64,000 nucleotides of DNA from Octopus vulgaris (GCA_951406725.2 CATOCA020000001.1:5084001-5148000), one strand, 5' to 3'. Shown: positions 16,096 through 34,306, counted from the stretch's first letter. Translations and numbers: made by a program. Notes: generated by a model not told the origin, from the sequence alone.

Positions 16096-16157
<62 letters not shown>

Positions 16158-16232
16158 ATATATATATATATATATATGCACATATATATATATATACTTA
16201 TATATCTAAACATCTATCTATCTATCTATCTA

Positions 16233-16275
<43 letters not shown>

Positions 16276-16849
16276 CTGTGTGGTAAGTAGCTTGCTAACC
16301 AACTACATGGTTCCGGGTTCAGTCACACTGCGTGGCATCTTGGGCAATTGTCTTCTACTATAGCCTCGGGCCGACCAATGCCTTGTGAGTGGATTTCGTA
16401 GACGGAAACTGAAAGAAGCCTGTCGTATATATGTATATATGTATAAGTGTGTGTGTATATGTTTGTGTGTCTGTGTTTGTCCCCCTAGCATTGCTTTACA
16501 ACCGATTCTGGTGTGTTTACGTCCCCGTCACTTAGCGATTTGGAAAAACAGACTGATAGAATAAGTATTGGGCTTACAAAGATTAAGTCCCGGGGTCGAT
16601 TTGCTCGACTAAAGGCGTTGCTCCAGCATGGCCGCACTCAAATGACTGAAACAAGTAAAAGAGTAAAAGAGTAAAGAGTATATATATATACATATATATA
16701 TATATGTACACATATATCTATACATCTAGCTATCTATCTATCTATCTATCTATATATATATAATGTATACTTTATAAAGCACATTACTCTACCACTGGTA
16801 TTTGAGTACTCTTTTTTTCCACCTTGTTTCACATTTATGTGTTTACTCC

Positions 16850-16909
<60 letters not shown>

Positions 16910-17481
16910 TTAGAGATAGTATAAAATCTTTATAAGGATTTATCAAGTAGTTAGCGTGAAAAGCATCATAAGAGAAAAATCCACCATTTTTTCATTTAAA
17001 TGTATTTTTTTATATTATATAGAGGACATTACTATACATAAATGCCACACGCTAGGAGGAATTCATAAAGTCAGAACTACCAAAATATATAAACACATTT
17101 TAAAAGTATTATTTATAGCTGAATGTTCTTCTTGACACTAATAAACCTAACAACAGTCATCGTGTTGTGTCTCTAGGTTAGCTACATTCCTCTGCTTACA
17201 TCTTGAGCTACAAATCTGTGGATCATACCCCAGCTAGGGTGGGGGCTCTTTATATGAAAAATAAATTGATTCTCTAAAGAAAGGTAGATTTATGAAAACT
17301 AGTAAAAGAATCAATGACACAGAATTTGTACAATAAAACCTCCGGTATTGATCTTTGATCTGATCTCATCTACGTTGACAGACACTATCAACAAGTGCTT
17401 ACTTAATAAATTTTTGTAAATATCTTTATGATTATTTCACAATTATTTAATAAATTTCCATTATATATATATATATGTATG

Positions 17482-17557
<76 letters not shown>

Positions 17558-17582
17558 CATATATATATATATATGTATATAC

Positions 17583-18392
<810 letters not shown>

Positions 18393-18996
18393 TTATATAC
18401 TAACATCATCATCATCATCATCATCATCATCACCACCATGCTGAAAATAGCAGCCATTATCTGACTCTAAAACAACCTTAAGTCAATCTTAAGTCAAAAC
18501 AGGTAGACAATCTAGTTTATCTAATCCCCCTCTCTATAAAGCTGTTCAATGTTCATTCTCACTCACTTTTTGACTCTTTCTCACTCTCTGTCTGACTCGC
18601 TCCCAGCAAAGAAGGACATTGTGGAAGACAATTTAAATGCTAGAAATAGCAGCAAAACAACTCCTTAGAAATATGCTATGATGATTTTAACAATATATAT
18701 ATATATATATTTATTTATATATATATATGTATATATATATATGTGTGTGTGTATATATATACATGTATATATGTGTGTATATATATATCTATATATTTAC
18801 TTATATATATATATATATGTGTGTGCATATATATATATGTATGTATATGTGTATGTATATATATATATTTATATACATGCAAGTATATATGTGTGTATAT
18901 ATATATATATGTATATATGTATGTATATATGATATATATATATATATATATACATATAAATATATATATATATATATATATACATGCAAATATATA

Positions 18997-19132
<136 letters not shown>

Positions 19133-19390
19133 TTCATCCTTGTTATTTCGTCAACCCTGAAATGATAAAGTAGTGTTGGCATTAATAGAATTCGAACCCA
19201 GAATGTAGGCTCCCAGCAAATAGCTATAAATAATACCAACAGGATATGTGGTTATCAAGACATAGCAGTAATTGAGGCTATGTGTGTGTGTGCCCGTGCA
19301 TGCGTGTGGGCGACTGTTTCGATTTTTTGTGTTTGTGTATGTGTATATATATGCGCATGTATGTATGTATATATATATCTATCTATCACA

Positions 19391-19488
<98 letters not shown>

Positions 19489-20318
19489 CCCGATGTACTT
19501 GTGCTCATAATATATTTATATATACAAATATATACATTCATATATAGAAAGCTGAAAAGTGACACGTGTCTGTGTGGTGAGAAGCTTGCTTACCTACCAT
19601 ATTGTTCTGAGTTCAATCTCACTGCGTGGCACCTTTGGCGAGTGTCTTATTCTATAGCCACGGGCTGACCGAAAGAAGCCCATCGGATGTATATATATGT
19701 GTTTGTGCTAGCGTTTAACAACGCACTATCGCTTCACAACCAATGCTGTTGTGTTTAGGTCCCCGTAACTTTTGCGGTTCGGCAAAAGCTCCCGATAGAA
19801 TAACTACTAGACTTAAAAAGCAAGCAAATACATACATATATACGCACATATACATACATATATATATACATATATAAAAATATATAAAAATATATAAAAA
19901 TATATAAAATCTTTATTACTATTAAAGACCACAAAGAAAACTTCCTTTCCAATCCTAAATGTAGGCTTATCAACCCAGCCAAGTCAGAACTAGGGATTAT
20001 TAGCAAAGAAATTTTAGATAAAATAAATACGAAAATTAAGACCGATACTAGGCTAGTGCAATGGTCCAATAGTATAGAAGTCGTAGACTGGTTTAAAGCT
20101 ATTAAGAATAAGAAAAAGCGAGGTTTACACAATTCGATATTGTTGATTTTTATGCCTCTATCTCTAAAGAACTGCTAGATAAAGCCCTAATCTTCGCTAG
20201 TGATTTCATAGAAATTAGTACCAATGATAAGGATATAATCTTCCATGCTAGAAAGACATTACTTTTCAGTGAGAATGCAAAGTGGGTAAAAAACACCGAC
20301 ACGGAGGGCGCTTTCGAT

Positions 20319-21512
20319 GTGAGCATGGGTTCATATGATGGGGCAGGCATCTGTGATCTAATTGGACTCTTTCTCCTAGATACCTTCAGTAAGACATTCC
20401 CTAACGTACATTTTGCCATCTACAAAGATGATGCCCTCGCCTTAACAGCTAATACAAATGGACCAGCACAAGATCGTTTTAGGAAGGATATTATCCAGTT
20501 AATGAAACACTTCGGACTTAGTATAACTATAGACACTAACCTGACGGTTGTCAATTTCTTAGACGTTTCCTTAGATCTTAATAATAATATTTATAAGCCT
20601 TATAGGAAGCCCAATGATAGACTAAGTTATATTAATGTAGGTTCATGCCATCCCCCTATAGTATTCAAAAATTTAGTTAAAAATATTAGTAAGAGGATTT
20701 CTAGCCTCTCATCTAATGAGGACATCTTCAATAGCGTTGCCCCAGTTTATAATAAAGCTTTAAAAGATAGTGGTTTTAGCGAAAAAATAAAATATACACC
20801 TATCACCAGCCCAACAATAAGGAAAAGGAATAATAGAAATAGGAAGGTCATCTGGTTTACGCCCCCTTACTCACCCGAGGTGGCCTTCAATATAGGTAAA
20901 TATTTCCTAGCACTGATAGATAGACATTTTCCAGTTAACCATGCTTATAGGAAACTCTTCAATAGACACAATTTAAAAATTAGTTTTAGTTCAACTACCA
21001 ATTTTAAAAACATAATCAATCATAACATACAAAAAACACAAGAAGAAAACAGCTGTTCATGCAGGAATAAAGAATTGTGCCCGCTAAATGGAGCTTGCAT
21101 GTCCAAGACCATCATATATGAAGCAACCGTAAACTCTATAACCACTAAAGACACCGTTTCGACGAAGAAATACGTGGGCCTGACAGAGGGTAATTTCAAG
21201 GCCAGGTTCAATAACCACACTTTGAGCTTTAGGCACTGGAACAAAAGAAAAGCGACACAATTATCCAATCATATTTGGTCTTTAAGAGATAAAGGTGTCG
21301 ATTATAACATACAATGGAAGATTTTGGCCAGATGTAAGCCCTATACTAACGGCAGCGGAAGGTGCGGTTTATGCGACATGGAGAGATGGCTTATCTGGAA
21401 AAGCAGCTTAGACCCTACCACATGTCTAAATACAAGGACAGAGCTTTTCGGATCATGCCCACATGTGACTAAATTTCTGTTACGTTTTTGGTCCCCTAAA
21501 GAAAACGGATAG
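20319..21512 (+). CDS. PLE reverse transcriptase (3' part) + GIY-YIG endonuclease, partial
   Basis: SMGSYDGA, IYKDD, VNFLDVSLDL, YKPYRKPN, S-CHP, IWFTPPYS, CSCR..CPLNGAC, IIY..YVG..FKARFNNH, CGLC, LN...CPH. Confidence 0.85.
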   Translation: MSMGSYDGAGICDLIGLFLLDTFSKTFPNVHFAIYKDDALALTANTNGPAQDRFRKDIIQLMKHFGLSITIDTNLTVVNFLDVSLDLNNNIYKPYRKPNDRLSYINVGSCHPPIVFKNLVKNISKRISSLSSNEDIFNSVAPVYNKALKDSGFSEKIKYTPITSPTIRKRNNRNRKVIWFTPPYSPEVAFNIGKYFLALIDRHFPVNHAYRKLFNRHNLKISFSSTTNFKNIINHNIQKTQEENSCSCRNKELCPLNGACMSKTIIYEATVNSITTKDTVSTKKYVGLTEGNFKARFNNHTLSFRHWNKRKATQLSNHIWSLRDKGVDYNIQWKILARCKPYTNGSGRCGLCDMERWLIWKSSLDPTTCLNTRTELFGSCPHVTKFLLRFWSPKENG

Positions 21513-21701
21513 AACATGCTTTCTGTGTTATGTCCCAAGAAGATTTTATATATTTTTATATATTTTTATATATTTTTATGTATTTTTATATAATTTTTAT
21601 GACGAAAAATGCGAGCGATGTATAAGTACGCAGGCAAAGCAGAGTTATAACAGAGTAATTTCCCTTCATTTTTAACGGTATTTTTTCATAACGTTTTCAA
21701 A

Positions 21702-21774
21702 TAGCCAGATAACCGAAGAGATGGTGTTGTGGATTTCCACTTCGGCATCTGAAACTCAGAGTTTTATCTGACTA
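21702..21774 (+). ncRNA. Type I hammerhead-ribozyme-like motif in PLE 3' UTR (variant core)
   Basis: Stem I cagataa/ttatctg, core CCGAAGA (canonical CUGANGA), stem II gatg..gtgga/tccac..catc, GAAA, stem III actc-a-gagt, predicted site GUU. Confidence 0.6.
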
Positions 21775-21794
21775 CCGACTAATGTAACATATTG

Positions 21795-21843
<49 letters not shown>

Positions 21844-21845
<2 letters not shown>

Positions 21846-22218
21846 CGCAGGAGTGGCTGTGTGGTAAGTAGCTTGCTTACCAACCACATAGTTCCGGGTT
21901 CAGTCCCACTGCGTAGCATCTTGGGCAAGTATCTTTACTATAGCCTCGGGCCGAACAAAGCCTTGTGAGTGGATTTGGTTGACGGAAACTGAAATATATA
22001 TATATATGTTTGTGTATCTGTGTTCGTCCCTCTAGCATTGCTTCACAACCGATGCTGGTGTGTTCACGTTCCCGTCACTTAGCGGTTTAGCAAAAGAGAC
22101 CGATAGAATAAGTACTGGGCTTACAAAGAATAAGTTCCGGGGTCGATTTGCTCGACTAAAGACGGTGCTCCAGCATGGCCGCAGTCAAATGACTGAAACA
22201 AGTAAAACAGTAAAAGAG
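21844..22218 (+). mobile_element. Full-head tRNA-derived SINE found only in long units (also 37140-37514, 57977-58351)
   Basis: ggcgcaggagtggctgtgtggtaagtagc...gggttcagtccc head; gactgaaacaagtaaaacagtaaaagag tail. Confidence 0.9.
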
Positions 22219-22238
22219 TATATATATATGCATATATA

Positions 22239-22401
22239 GGCGCAGGAGTGGCTGTGTGGTAAGTAGCTTGCTAACCAACCACATGGTTCCGGGTTCAGTC
22301 CCACTGCGTGGCATCTTGGGCAAGTGTCTTCTGCTATAGCCCCGGGCCGACAAAGGCCTTGTGAGTGGATTTGGTAGACGGAAACTGAAAGAAGCCTGTC
22401 G

Positions 22402-22438
<37 letters not shown>

Positions 22439-22642
22439 CTGTGTTTGTTCCCCTAGCATTGCTTGACAACCGATGCTGGTGTGATTCCGTCCCCGTCACT
22501 TAGCGGTTCGGCAAAAAGAGACCGATAGAATAAGTACCGGGCTTACAAAAAGAATAAGTCCCGGGGTCGATTTGCTCGACTAAAGGCGGTGCTCCAGCAT
22601 GGCCACAGTCAACTGACTGAAACAAGTAAAAGAGTAAAAGAG
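22239..22642 (+). mobile_element. Full-length tRNA-derived SINE (also 37535-37940, 58372-58775); positional counterpart of the truncated SINE in short units
   Basis: Complete ggcgcaggag head with A and B boxes. Same downstream flank (tatttgtgtgcaagtg) as 1408-1774. Confidence 0.9.
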
Positions 22643-22972
22643 TATATTTGTGTGCAAGTGTTTAGGTGTGTGCAACCATTTATGAATGTATGTATGCATA
22701 TATGTAGGGATATATTTATTTACAAATATATATTCATGTATGTGTGTGTGCCTGTGTATTACTGTGGCTTACGATTGTATTTCGTTCTGTAGCCATTACT
22801 TAATAAATAAATCTTTATTTCTTTAGTTTGAAAGAAAAGGAAGGGACACAAAACTTTTATAATGTTGTATGATTTTCACAACTTATCACATTTATATATT
22901 GTCATTTAAGCCCAATTGCCTTAAATTCGGGACATACTCTCTCTTTCTCTCTATCTCTCCCTCTCTCTCTCT

Positions 22973-23034
<62 letters not shown>

Positions 23035-23067
23035 ATATATATATATTTATATATATATGTACGTATG

Positions 23068-23191
<124 letters not shown>

Positions 23192-23857
23192 TATATACAT
23201 ATATATGTACATAAATATATATATATTTACATACGTATATACGTAGATACATTCACACACACACACACACATACATAAATATATATACTTGGATGTTCAT
23301 CAGTGTTTTGTTTCTTTCTATTTACATATATAAATATGTTATATATCACTCCCAAGAAGTCCTATTTTTTAGTTTTCATCTTTCCTGTCTCTCTCCTTCT
23401 CTTCCGCCCTCTCTCACTTTCTTCATTTATACAAATCATATACATACATAGTAACATACATAATTGCATGTATACACAATAAGAAACATATATACATGCA
23501 TCTTACATACACACACAGAAACATATATACATAGGTCATACATACATACGTAATACATACATACATACACGCATACATACATACACAAGGCCCGAAAATT
23601 TTCGGGGAGGGGACCAGTCGATAAGATCACCTACAATCAAACTACAAAGAAAGAATGTTCCCTAGAGAACATTCTTTCTTTGTAGTTTGATAGTAGGTGA
23701 TCTATTTCTAGCATATAGCTGTCCACATAGTGGTTTTTAGCCCTTAATATACACATGTATTAGAATTTTCTCTGATTTCTCAGACTTTTTTATGCTAGGC
23801 TACTGGTTTTAAATTGATATTAATTAAATTAATATTCAATTCATCTCCCTCGTTATT

Positions 23858-24040
<183 letters not shown>

Positions 24041-24519
24041 CATATATGTGTGTGTATGCATACATACATACATACATACATACATACATACATACATACA
24101 TACATACACATATATGTATATATATATATGTGTGTGTGTGTATATATGTATGTATGTATGTATGCATACACACACACATATACATGCATATATATATTCA
24201 TATATATACACATGTGTATATTAAGGGCTAAAAGCCAATATGTGGACAGCCATATGCTAGAAATAGATCACCTACGATCAAACTACAAAGAAAGAATGTT
24301 CTCTAGGGAATACATGTGTATATTAATGTGCATACATAAATACATATATATATAAATATGCATACATACATACATACATGCATACATGCATACATTCATT
24401 CATACATACATACATACACATACATACATACATACATACATACATGTAGGGTGAATGTATGTTTGATTAAAGGTATATGTGTGTATATTGTAGCGTGAGT
24501 GTTAGCGAGTAGATAGAGA

Positions 24520-24576
<57 letters not shown>

Positions 24577-24705
24577 ATTAGGGCTTAGTAAAATAAATTA
24601 CTTTGCCACATACTGAACTTGCTAGAAATAGCAGCCCCAAAAAAGTTTTTTTGCCATTTCCACTACTTAAAGAAAATTTCTCTCAGATAATTTTACCCTC
24701 AATTG

Positions 24706-24746
<41 letters not shown>

Positions 24747-24761
24747 ATTATATATATATAC

Positions 24762-24852
<91 letters not shown>

Positions 24853-24867
24853 CTTATATATCTATAC

Positions 24868-24944
<77 letters not shown>

Positions 24945-25511
24945 TGTGTGGTAAGTAGCTTGCTAACAAACTACATGGTTCCGGGTTCAGTCACACTGCG
25001 TGGCATCTTGGGCAAGTGTCTTCTGCTATAGCCTCGGGCCGACCAATGCCTTGTGAGTGGATTTCGTAGACGGAAACTGAAAGAAGCCTGTCGTATATAT
25101 GTATATATGTATAAGTGTGTGTGTATATGTTTGTGTGTCTGTGTTTGTCCCCCTAGCATTGCTTTACAACCGATTCTGGTGTGTTTACGTCCCCGTCACT
25201 TAGCGGTTTGGAAAAACAGACCGATAGAATAAGTATTGGGCTTACAAAGATTAAGTCCCGGGGTCGATTTGCTCGACTAAAGGCGTTGCTCCAGCATGGC
25301 CGCACTCAAATGACTGAAACAAGTAAAAGAGTAAAAGAGTAAAGAGTATATATATATACATATATATATATGTACACATATATCTATACATCTAGCTATT
25401 TATCTATCTATCTATATATATATAATATATACTTTATAAAGCATATTACTCTACCACTGGTATTTGAGTACTCTTTTTTTCCACCTTGTTTCACATTTAT
25501 GTGTTTACTCC

Positions 25512-25555
<44 letters not shown>

Positions 25556-26140
25556 TTAGAGATAGTATAAAATCTTTATAAGGATTTATCAAGTAGTTAG
25601 CGTGAAAAGCGTCTTAAGAGAAAAATCCACCATCTTTTTTCATTTAAATGTATTTTTTTATATTATATAGAGGGCATTACTATACATAAATGCCACACGC
25701 TAGGAGGAATTCATAAAGTCAGAACTACCAAAATATATAAACACATTGTAAAAGTATTATTTATAGCTGAATGTTCTTCTTGACACTAATAAACCTAACA
25801 ACAGTCATCGTGTTGTGTCTCTAGGTTAGCTATATTCCTCTGCTTACATCTTGAGCTACAAATCTGTGGATCATACCCCAGCTAGGGTGGGGGCTCTTTA
25901 TATGAAAAATAAATTGATTCTCTAAAGAAAGGTAGATTTATGAAAACTAGTAAAAGAATCAATGACACAGAATTTGTACAATAAAACCTCCGGTATTGAT
26001 CTTTGATCTGATCTCATCTACGTTGCTAATATTTCGACAGACACTATCAACAAGTGCTTACTTAATAAATTTTTGTAAATATCTTTATGACTATTTCACA
26101 ATTATTTAATAAATTTCCATTATATATATATATATGTATG

Positions 26141-27013
<873 letters not shown>

Positions 27014-27024
27014 TTATATACTAA

Positions 27025-27056
<32 letters not shown>

Positions 27057-27507
27057 CCACCATGCTGAAAATAGCAGCCATTATCTGACTCTAAAACAAC
27101 CTTAAGTCAATCTTAAGTCAAAACAGGTAGACAATCTAGTTTATCTAATCCCCCTCTCTATAAAGCTGTTCAATGTTCATTCTCACTCACTTTTTGACTC
27201 TTTCTCACTCTCTGTCTGACTCGCTCCCAGCAAAGAAGGACATTGTGGAAGACAATTTAAATGCTAGAAATAGCAGCAAAACAACTCCTTAGAAATATGC
27301 TATGATGATTTTAACAATATATATATATATATATTTATTTATATATATATATGTATATATATATGTGTGTGTGTATATATATACATGTATATATGTGTGT
27401 ATATATATATCTATATATTTACTTATATATATATATATGTGTGTGTGCATATATATATATGTATGTATATGTGTATGTATATATATATATTTATATACAT
27501 GCAAGTA

Positions 27508-27553
<46 letters not shown>

Positions 27554-27560
27554 TATATGA

Positions 27561-27592
<32 letters not shown>

Positions 27593-27610
27593 TATATATA
27601 CATGCAAATA

Positions 27611-27722
<112 letters not shown>

Positions 27723-27994
27723 TCATCCTTGTTAGTTTCATCCTTGTTATTTCGTCAACCCTGAAATGATAAAGTAGTGTTGGCATTAATAGAATTCGAA
27801 CCCAGAATGTAGGCTCCCAGCAAATAGCTATAAATAATACCAACAGGATATGTGGTTATCAAGACATAGCAGTAATTGAGGCTATGTGTGTGTGTGCCCG
27901 TGCATGCGTGTGGGCGACTGTTTCGATTTTTTGTGTTTGTGTATGTGTATATATATGCGCATGTATGTATGTATATATATATCTATCTATCACA

Positions 27995-28085
<91 letters not shown>

Positions 28086-28565
28086 CCCGATGTACTTGTG
28101 CTCATAATATATTTATATATACAAATATATACATTCATATATAGAAAGCTGAAAAGTGACACGTGGCTGTGTGGTGAGAAGCTTGCTTGCCTACCATATT
28201 GTTCTGAGTTCAATCTCACTGCGTGGCACCTTTGGCGAGTGTCTTATTCTATAGCCACGGGCTGACCGAAAGAAGCCCATCGGATGTATATATATGTGTT
28301 TGTGCTAGCGTTTAACAACGCACTATCGCTTCACAACCAATGCTGTTGTGTTTAGGTCCCCGTAACTTTGCGGTTCGGCCAAAGCTCCCGATAGAATAAC
28401 TACTAGACTTAAAAAAGCAAGCAAATACATACATATATAACCAACCACATGGTTCCGGGTTCAGTCCCACTGCGTGGCATCTTGGGCAAGAGTTTTCTGC
28501 TATAGCCCCGGGCCGTCCAATGCCTTGTGAGTGGATTTGGTAGACAGAAACTGAAAGAAGCCTGT

Positions 28566-28606
<41 letters not shown>

Positions 28607-29129
28607 CTGTGTTTGTTCCCCTAGTATTACTTGACAACCGATGCTGGTGTGATTCCGTCCCCGTTACTTAGCGGTTCGGCAAAAAGAGACCGATAGAATA
28701 AGTACCGGGCTTACAAAAAGAATAAGTCCCGGGGTCGATTTGCTCGATTAAAGGCGGTGCTCCAGCATGGCCACAGTCAACTGACTGAAACAAGTAAAAG
28801 AGTAAAAGAGTATATTTGTGTGCAAGTGTTTAGGTGTGTGCAACCATTTATGAATGTATGTATGCATATATGTAGGGATATATTTATTTACAAATATATA
28901 TTCATGTATGTGTGTGTGCCTGTGTATTACTGTGGCTTACGATTGTATTTCGTTCTGTAGCCATTACTTAATAAATAAAACTTTACTTCTTTAGTCTGAA
29001 AGAAAAGGAAGGGACACAAAACTTTTATAATGTTGTATGATTTTCACAACTTACCACATTTATATATTGTCATTTAAGCCCAATTGCCTTAAATTCGGGA
29101 CATACTCTCTCTTTCTCTCTATCTCTCTC

Positions 29130-29192
<63 letters not shown>

Positions 29193-29222
29193 TATATATA
29201 TTTATATATATATGTACGTATG

Positions 29223-29331
<109 letters not shown>

Positions 29332-29393
29332 TATATACATATATATGTACATAAATATATATATATTTACATACGTATATACGTAGATACATT

Positions 29394-29425
<32 letters not shown>

Positions 29426-29980
29426 CTTGGATGTTCATCAGTGTTTTGTTTCTTTCTATTTACATATATAAATATTTTATATATCACTCCCAAGAAGTCC
29501 TATTTTTTTAGTTTTCATCTTTCCTGTCTCTCTCCTTCTCTTCCGCTCTCTCTCACTTTCTTCATTTATACAAATCATATACATACATAGAAATATACAT
29601 AATTGCATGTATACACAATAAGAAACATATATACATGCATCTTACATACACACACAGAAACATATATACATAGATCATACATACATACATACACTCACGC
29701 ATACATACATACACAAGGCCCGAAAATTTTCGGGGAGGGGACCAGTCGATAAGATCACCTACAATCAAACTACAAAGAAAGAATGTTCCCTAGAGAATAT
29801 TCTTTCTTTGTAGTTTGATAGTAGGTGATCTATTTCTAGCATATAGCTGTCCACATAGTGGTTTTTAGCCCTTAATATACACATATATTAGAATTTTCTC
29901 TGATTTTTCAGACTTTTTTATGCTAGGCAACTGGTTTTAAATTGATATTAATTAAATTAATATTCAATTCATCTCCCTCA

Positions 29981-30051
<71 letters not shown>

Positions 30052-30092
30052 AATATATATATATATAAATATATATATATTATATATATATA

Positions 30093-30160
<68 letters not shown>

Positions 30161-30188
30161 CATATATGTGTGTGTATGCATACATACA

Positions 30189-30224
<36 letters not shown>

Positions 30225-30624
30225 TATATATATGTGTGTGTATGTATATATGTATGTATGTATGCATACACACACACACATATACATGCATATATATATT
30301 CATATATATACACATGTGTATATTAAGGGCTAAAAGCCACTATGTGGACAGCCATATGCTAGAAATAGATCACCTACGATCAAACTACAAAGAAAGAATG
30401 TTCTCTAGGGAATACATGTGTATTTTAATGTGCATACATACATACATATATATATAAATATGCATACATACATACATACATGCATACATGCATACATTCA
30501 TTCATAGATACATACATACATTCATACATACATACATACATACATACATGTAGGGTGAATGTATGTTTGATTAAAGGTATATGTGTGTATATTGTAGCGT
30601 GAGTGTTAGCGAGTAGAGAGAGAC

Positions 30625-30687
<63 letters not shown>

Positions 30688-30848
30688 GGGCTTAGTAAAA
30701 TAAATTACTTTGCCACATACTGAACTTGCTAGAAATAGCAGCCCAAAAAAAGTTTTTTTGCCATTTCCACTACTTAAAGAAAATTTCTCTCAGATAATTT
30801 TACCCTCAATTGTATATATATATATATATATATGTATATACATATATA

Positions 30849-30891
<43 letters not shown>

Positions 30892-30957
30892 ATATATATA
30901 TATATATATAATATATATATATGCCATATACTTATATATCTATACATCTATCTATCA

Positions 30958-31047
<90 letters not shown>

Positions 31048-31628
31048 TGTGTGGTAAGTAGCTTGCTAACAAACTACATGGTTCCGGGTTCAGTCCCACT
31101 GCGTGGCATCTTGGGCAAGTGTCTTCTGCTATAGCCTCGGGCCGACCAATGCCTTGTGAGTGGATTTCGTAGACGGAAACTGAAAGAAGCCTGTCGTATA
31201 TATGTATATATGTATAAGTGTGTGTGTATATGTTTGTGTGTCTGTGTTTGTCCCCCCTAGCATTGCTTTACAACCGATTCTGGTGTGTTTACGTCCCCGT
31301 CACTTAGCGGTTTGGAAAAACAGACTGATAGAATAAGTATTGGGCTTACAAAGATTAAGTCCCGGGGTCGATTTGCTCGACTAAAGGCGTTGCTCCAGCA
31401 TGGCCGCACTCAAATGACTGAAACAAGTAAAAGAGTAAAAGAGTAAAGAGTATATATATATACATATATATATATATATGTACACATATATCTATACATC
31501 TAGCTATCTATCTATCTATCTATCTATATATATATAATGTATACTTTATAAAGCACATTACTCTACCACTGGTATTTGAGTACTCTTTTTTTCCACCTTG
31601 TTTCACATTTATGTGTTTACTCCGGTAT

Positions 31629-31690
<62 letters not shown>

Positions 31691-32264
31691 TTAGAGATAG
31701 TATAAAATCTTTATAAGGATTTATCAAGTAGTTAGCGTGAAAAGCATCATAAGAGAAAAATCCACCATTTTTTTCATTTAAATGTATTTTTTTATATTAT
31801 ATAGAGGACATTACTATACATAAATGCCACACGCTAGGAGGAATTCATAAAGTCAGAACTACCAAAATATATAAACACATTGTAAAAGTATTATTTATAG
31901 CTGAATGTTCTTCTTGACACTAATAAACCTAACAACAGTCATCGTGTTGTGTCTCTAGGTTAGCTACATTCCTCTGCTTACATCTTGAGCTACAAATCTG
32001 TGGATCATACCCCAGCTAGGGTGGGGGGCTCTTTATATGAAAAATAAATTGATTCTCTAAAGAAAGGTAGATTTATGAAAACTAGTAAAAGAATCAATGA
32101 CACAGAATTTGTACAATAAAACCTCCGGTATTGATCTTTGATCTGATCTCATCTACGTTGACAGACACTATCAACAAGTGCTTACTTAATAAATTTTTGT
32201 AAATATCTTTATGACTATTTCACAATTATTTAATAAATTTCCATTATATATATATATATGTATG

Positions 32265-33703
<1,439 letters not shown>

Positions 33704-34241
33704 TTATATACTAACATCATCATCATCATCATCATCATCATCACCACCATGCTGAAAATAGCAGCCATTATCTGACTCTAAAACAACCTTAAGTCAATCT
33801 TAAGTCAAAACAGGTAGACAATCTAGTTTATCTAATCCCCCTCTCTATAAAGCTGTTCAATGTTCATTCTCACTCACTTTTTGACTCTTTCTCACTCTCT
33901 GTCTGACTCGCTCCCAGCAAAGAAGGACATTGTGGAAGACAATTTAAATGCTAGAAATAGCAGCAAAACAACTCCTTAGAAATATGCTATGATGATTTTA
34001 ACAATATATATATATATATATTTATTTATATATATATATGTATATATATATGTGTGTGTGTATATATATACATGTATATATGTGTGTATATATATATCTA
34101 TATATTTACTTATATATATATATATGTGTGTGTGCATATATATATATGTATGTATATGTGTATGTATATATATATATTTATATACATGCAAGTATATATG
34201 TGTGTATATATATATATATGTATATATGTATGTATATATGA

Positions 34242-34295
<54 letters not shown>

Positions 34296-34306
34296 AATAT
34301 ATATGC

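Larger units (their letters stand above)
19873..21794 (+). mobile_element. Penelope-like retroelement, Naiad-like, 5'-truncated (copy 1)
   Basis: Reading frame FITIKDHKENF..PKCRLINPAKSELG from 19912 (-1 frameshift in the A run near 20113), then ORF 20319-21512 with RT and GIY-YIG motifs. 3' UTR ends ...aacatattg before (TA)n. Confidence 0.9.

Noticed and set aside
20150-21538. Antisense ORFs within the PLE (65-89 aa) and alternative-frame ORFs within the LINE and SINEs
   Set aside because: Shadow frames of TE sequence with no recognisable motifs.
21595-21655. Possible SECIS (ATGA...AA...GA) in the PLE 3' UTR, considered because some Naiads encode selenoproteins
   Set aside because: No in-frame TGA in the 533 visible codons and no convincing SECIS helix by eye.
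21844-21920. tRNA-like sequence
   Set aside because: It is the SINE head and continues into the SINE body and tail. Not a standalone tRNA gene.
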